DNA of 64,000 nucleotides from Patescibacteria group bacterium (GTDB lineage Bacteria; Patescibacteriota; Patescibacteriia; Patescibacteriales; JBAZCA01): NCBI GenBank assembly GCA_041671125.1, contig JBAZCA010000005.1, positions 85,864 to 149,863 of the forward strand, read 5' to 3'. Shown piece by piece: positions 62,130 to 64,000 of this stretch (position 1 is its first letter; each line of letters starts with the position of its first letter). The notes under the pieces were generated by a model. It saw only the letters and a program-made list of their open reading frames with translations, ran no database searches and was not told where the DNA came from. The position numbers and the translations under genes were made by a program.

Positions 62130-63176
62130 ATGCTAAAAAAAATACTTCTGATTATTATCATCCTCGGCATTGCCTTTATCGGCATTGGCTGGGAAAAAGT
62201 AAATAATCCGGCTGATTCGCGCGGCGCGGATCAGGTTTTTACGGTGAGCGAAGGCCAAGGCACCAACCAAATCAGCGATAACTTATACGGCCAAAAACTG
62301 ATTAAATCAAAATTGGCTTTTGAAACTTATGTCTGGGCGCGCGGCTGGGAAGGAAGATTTAAGGCCGGCGAGCACCGCTTAAGCCCTCAGCTGAATATAA
62401 TGGAGATTGCCGGCGTATTAACCAGCGGGAAAACCATTAACCGGGAAACCGATATCCGGATCATTGAAGGCTGGAACATAGGCGATATTGATAAGTATTT
62501 AAGCGACAACCATGTCCTGGCGGCGGGAGAGCTTAAGGCGCTGGCGGGCCAGAAAGTCAGAAGTCCCGAGTCAGAAGTCCCGAGTCAGAAGTCCTTAACC
62601 CAAAGTTTTGATTTTTTGAATGACGCGCCGGATGATGCCAGTCTTGAAGGCTATTTATTTCCCGACACTTACCGGATTTTTAAAAATTCTTCAGCTGAAG
62701 AAATTGTCGTTAAAATGCTCAATAACTTTGACGGAAAGCTCACTCCGGAACTGCGCGCCGAAATCGCCCGGCAGAAAAAAAGCATCCATGAGATTATTAC
62801 CATGGCTTCGCTTATTGAAAAGGAAGTCCGCAAGCCGGAAGACATGAAAATTGTTTCCGGAATTTTTTGGAACCGGATCAATAACGGCCAGGCGCTCCAG
62901 TCCTGCGCCACGCTGGCCTATATTATCGGGGTAAACAAACCCCAGTACAGCGAAGCGGACACAAAAATAGATTCCCCGTATAATACTTACCGGAACAAAG
63001 GCCTGCCGCCGGAGCCGATCGCTAACCCGGGATTAAACGCTATAAGCGCGGCGATTTATCCGACCCCGAACAGCTATAATTTTTTTCTCACCGCCGAAGT
63101 AAACGGCGAAGATAAAGTTATTTACTCAAAGAATTTTGACGAGCACGTGCGGAATAAGGGGATTTATTTAAAGTAA
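62130..63176 (+). CDS. mltG: Endolytic murein transglycosylase MltG (YceG-like)
   Basis: N-terminal TM segment, the catalytic-region motif MASLIEKEVRKPED, and SPYNTYRNKGLPPEPIANPG. I prefer the ATG at 62130 because TGgTATAAT (62115-62123) lies 6 nt upstream. The ORF-track start is a GTG at 62124. Confidence 0.85.
   Translation: MLKKILLIIIILGIAFIGIGWEKVNNPADSRGADQVFTVSEGQGTNQISDNLYGQKLIKSKLAFETYVWARGWEGRFKAGEHRLSPQLNIMEIAGVLTSGKTINRETDIRIIEGWNIGDIDKYLSDNHVLAAGELKALAGQKVRSPESEVPSQKSLTQSFDFLNDAPDDASLEGYLFPDTYRIFKNSSAEEIVVKMLNNFDGKLTPELRAEIARQKKSIHEIITMASLIEKEVRKPEDMKIVSGIFWNRINNGQALQSCATLAYIIGVNKPQYSEADTKIDSPYNTYRNKGLPPEPIANPGLNAISAAIYPTPNSYNFFLTAEVNGEDKVIYSKNFDEHVRNKGIYLK
62556..62594 (+). repeat. 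Intragenic tandem repeat (14-nt unit GTCAGAAGTCCCGA, about 2.8 copies) inside mltG
   Basis: gtcagaagtcccga gtcagaagtcccga gtcagaagtcc is read directly from the sequence. It is translated as SPESEVPSQKS. Confidence 0.85.
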
Positions 63177-63246
63177 ACAGACAATAGACAATCGCGCTCA
63201 GCCCCCTCCCCAACCCTCAAAAATTCCGCTCTGTCCCCCTCCCCAG

Positions 63247-63321
63247 CCCTCCCCCTATCGCTCCGACTCAGGGGGAGGGAGGTAAATTTTTTCTCACCCT
63301 CCCCGCAAAGTCGGGGAGGGT
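63247..63321. repeat. GC-rich palindromic element copy B plus a second related hairpin
   Basis: The first hairpin is ccctccccctatcgctccgactcagggggaggg (63247-63279). The second is accctcccc-gcaaagtc-ggggagggt (63296-63321). Confidence 0.85.
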
Positions 63322-63413
63322 CGCGAGCGGAGCGAGCGGGGTGGGGCAGGGTTCGTTTTTAGTTTGCCGTAACATGTTTGTTATTTAAAAACTTTCTGTG
63401 ATATAATAACCGC

Positions 63414-64000
63414 ATGAAGATGAAAATATTCATAAGTTTTTTAATAGCGGCGAGCGTTTTGGCCGGACTGCCTTTTTCCGGTTTTAAAAACGCGAATGTC
63501 AGCGGAGCCGGATTGGCCGAACATGAAGACCATGAGATTATCGTAAAATTTAAAACATCCGAAAAACCGGTGAAAGTTTTTTTGGCGCCGGACGAGGATT
63601 TGGAAAATGTGATAAGCGAATATGAAAAAAATCCGGCTGTTTTATACGCCGAGCCGAATTTTAAATATCGGGCTTCAATCATCCCTTCGGATACCTATTA
63701 CGGCGACCAATGGTATTTAAAAAAAATAAAAGCCCAGGAAGCCTGGGATCTTAAGCGGGAAAGTCCGAATGTCGTGATTGCTATCATTGATTCCGGCGTC
63801 CAGATTACCCACCCGGATTTAAGGGAAAATATCTGGATCAACCGGGAGGAGATCCCGGCTAACGGGATTGACGATGACCGCGACGGGTATATTGATGACG
63901 TTAACGGCTGGGATTTTGTAAATTCCGAAGCCGACCCTTCGCCGAAATTTAAAGAAGGCTTTACCGAAGGCGGGATTAACCACGGAACCGTCGTTGCCGG
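63414..64000 (+). CDS. Subtilisin-like (S8) serine protease, 5' part (runs off the window end)
   Basis: Signal peptide MKMKIFISFLIAASVLAG. The catalytic Asp context is VIAIIDSGV and the His context is HGTVVAG. It is missing from the ORF track because no stop falls within the window. Confidence 0.8.
   Translation, partial: MKMKIFISFLIAASVLAGLPFSGFKNANVSGAGLAEHEDHEIIVKFKTSEKPVKVFLAPDEDLENVISEYEKNPAVLYAEPNFKYRASIIPSDTYYGDQWYLKKIKAQEAWDLKRESPNVVIAIIDSGVQITHPDLRENIWINREEIPANGIDDDRDGYIDDVNGWDFVNSEADPSPKFKEGFTEGGINHGTVVA

Overview
The window reads as a gene-dense chromosomal segment from a small-genome bacterium that resembles the Candidate Phyla Radiation (Patescibacteria). That assignment is my inference from three things: the gene content, the weak or absent Shine-Dalgarno signals, and giant surface proteins with pilin-like anchors. 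About 50 genes lie on the + strand and only one credible gene lies on the - strand.

Housekeeping genes:
- ybeY, dgkA, ftsA and ftsZ.
- nrdR, nrdD and nrdG (class III ribonucleotide reductase).
- prfB, comEC and pilT.
- pgk, eno and two tandem gpmI copies.
- mltG, plus HtrA-type proteases.

Accessory content:
- A 2639-aa Cys-rich surface protein anchored by a VirB2/TrbC-pilin-like N-terminus.
- A Fic islet with a restriction-modification gene scar.
- A RhuM gene.
- A roughly 12.9-kb Tc-toxin/RHS polymorphic-toxin island. It holds a TcB-like and TcC-like gene pair, an orphan toxin cassette and immunity candidates. A 56-nt direct repeat carrying a terminator and a promoter flanks it.
- A membrane protein plus VirD4-like ATPase pair, interrupted by a four-helix-bundle gene that is bounded by inverted repeats.

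Observations I rate most worth follow-up:
1. nrdD is split. Its glycyl-radical motif sits on a separate 48-codon ORF that is translationally coupled to nrdG.
2. Several families of palindromic spacer elements also occur inside coding regions (eno, nrdD, mltG and the ybeY tail). This is reminiscent of Rickettsia palindromic elements.
3. A promoter-driven hairpin of about 185 nt has a large purine-rich central bubble and is 6S-RNA-like. It lies upstream of a gene encoding a sigma region 4 plus HARE-HTH protein.
4. The architecture and recombination scars of the Tc/RHS island.

I found no rRNA, tRNA or CRISPR array. All homology statements come from motif recognition by eye, not from database searches.
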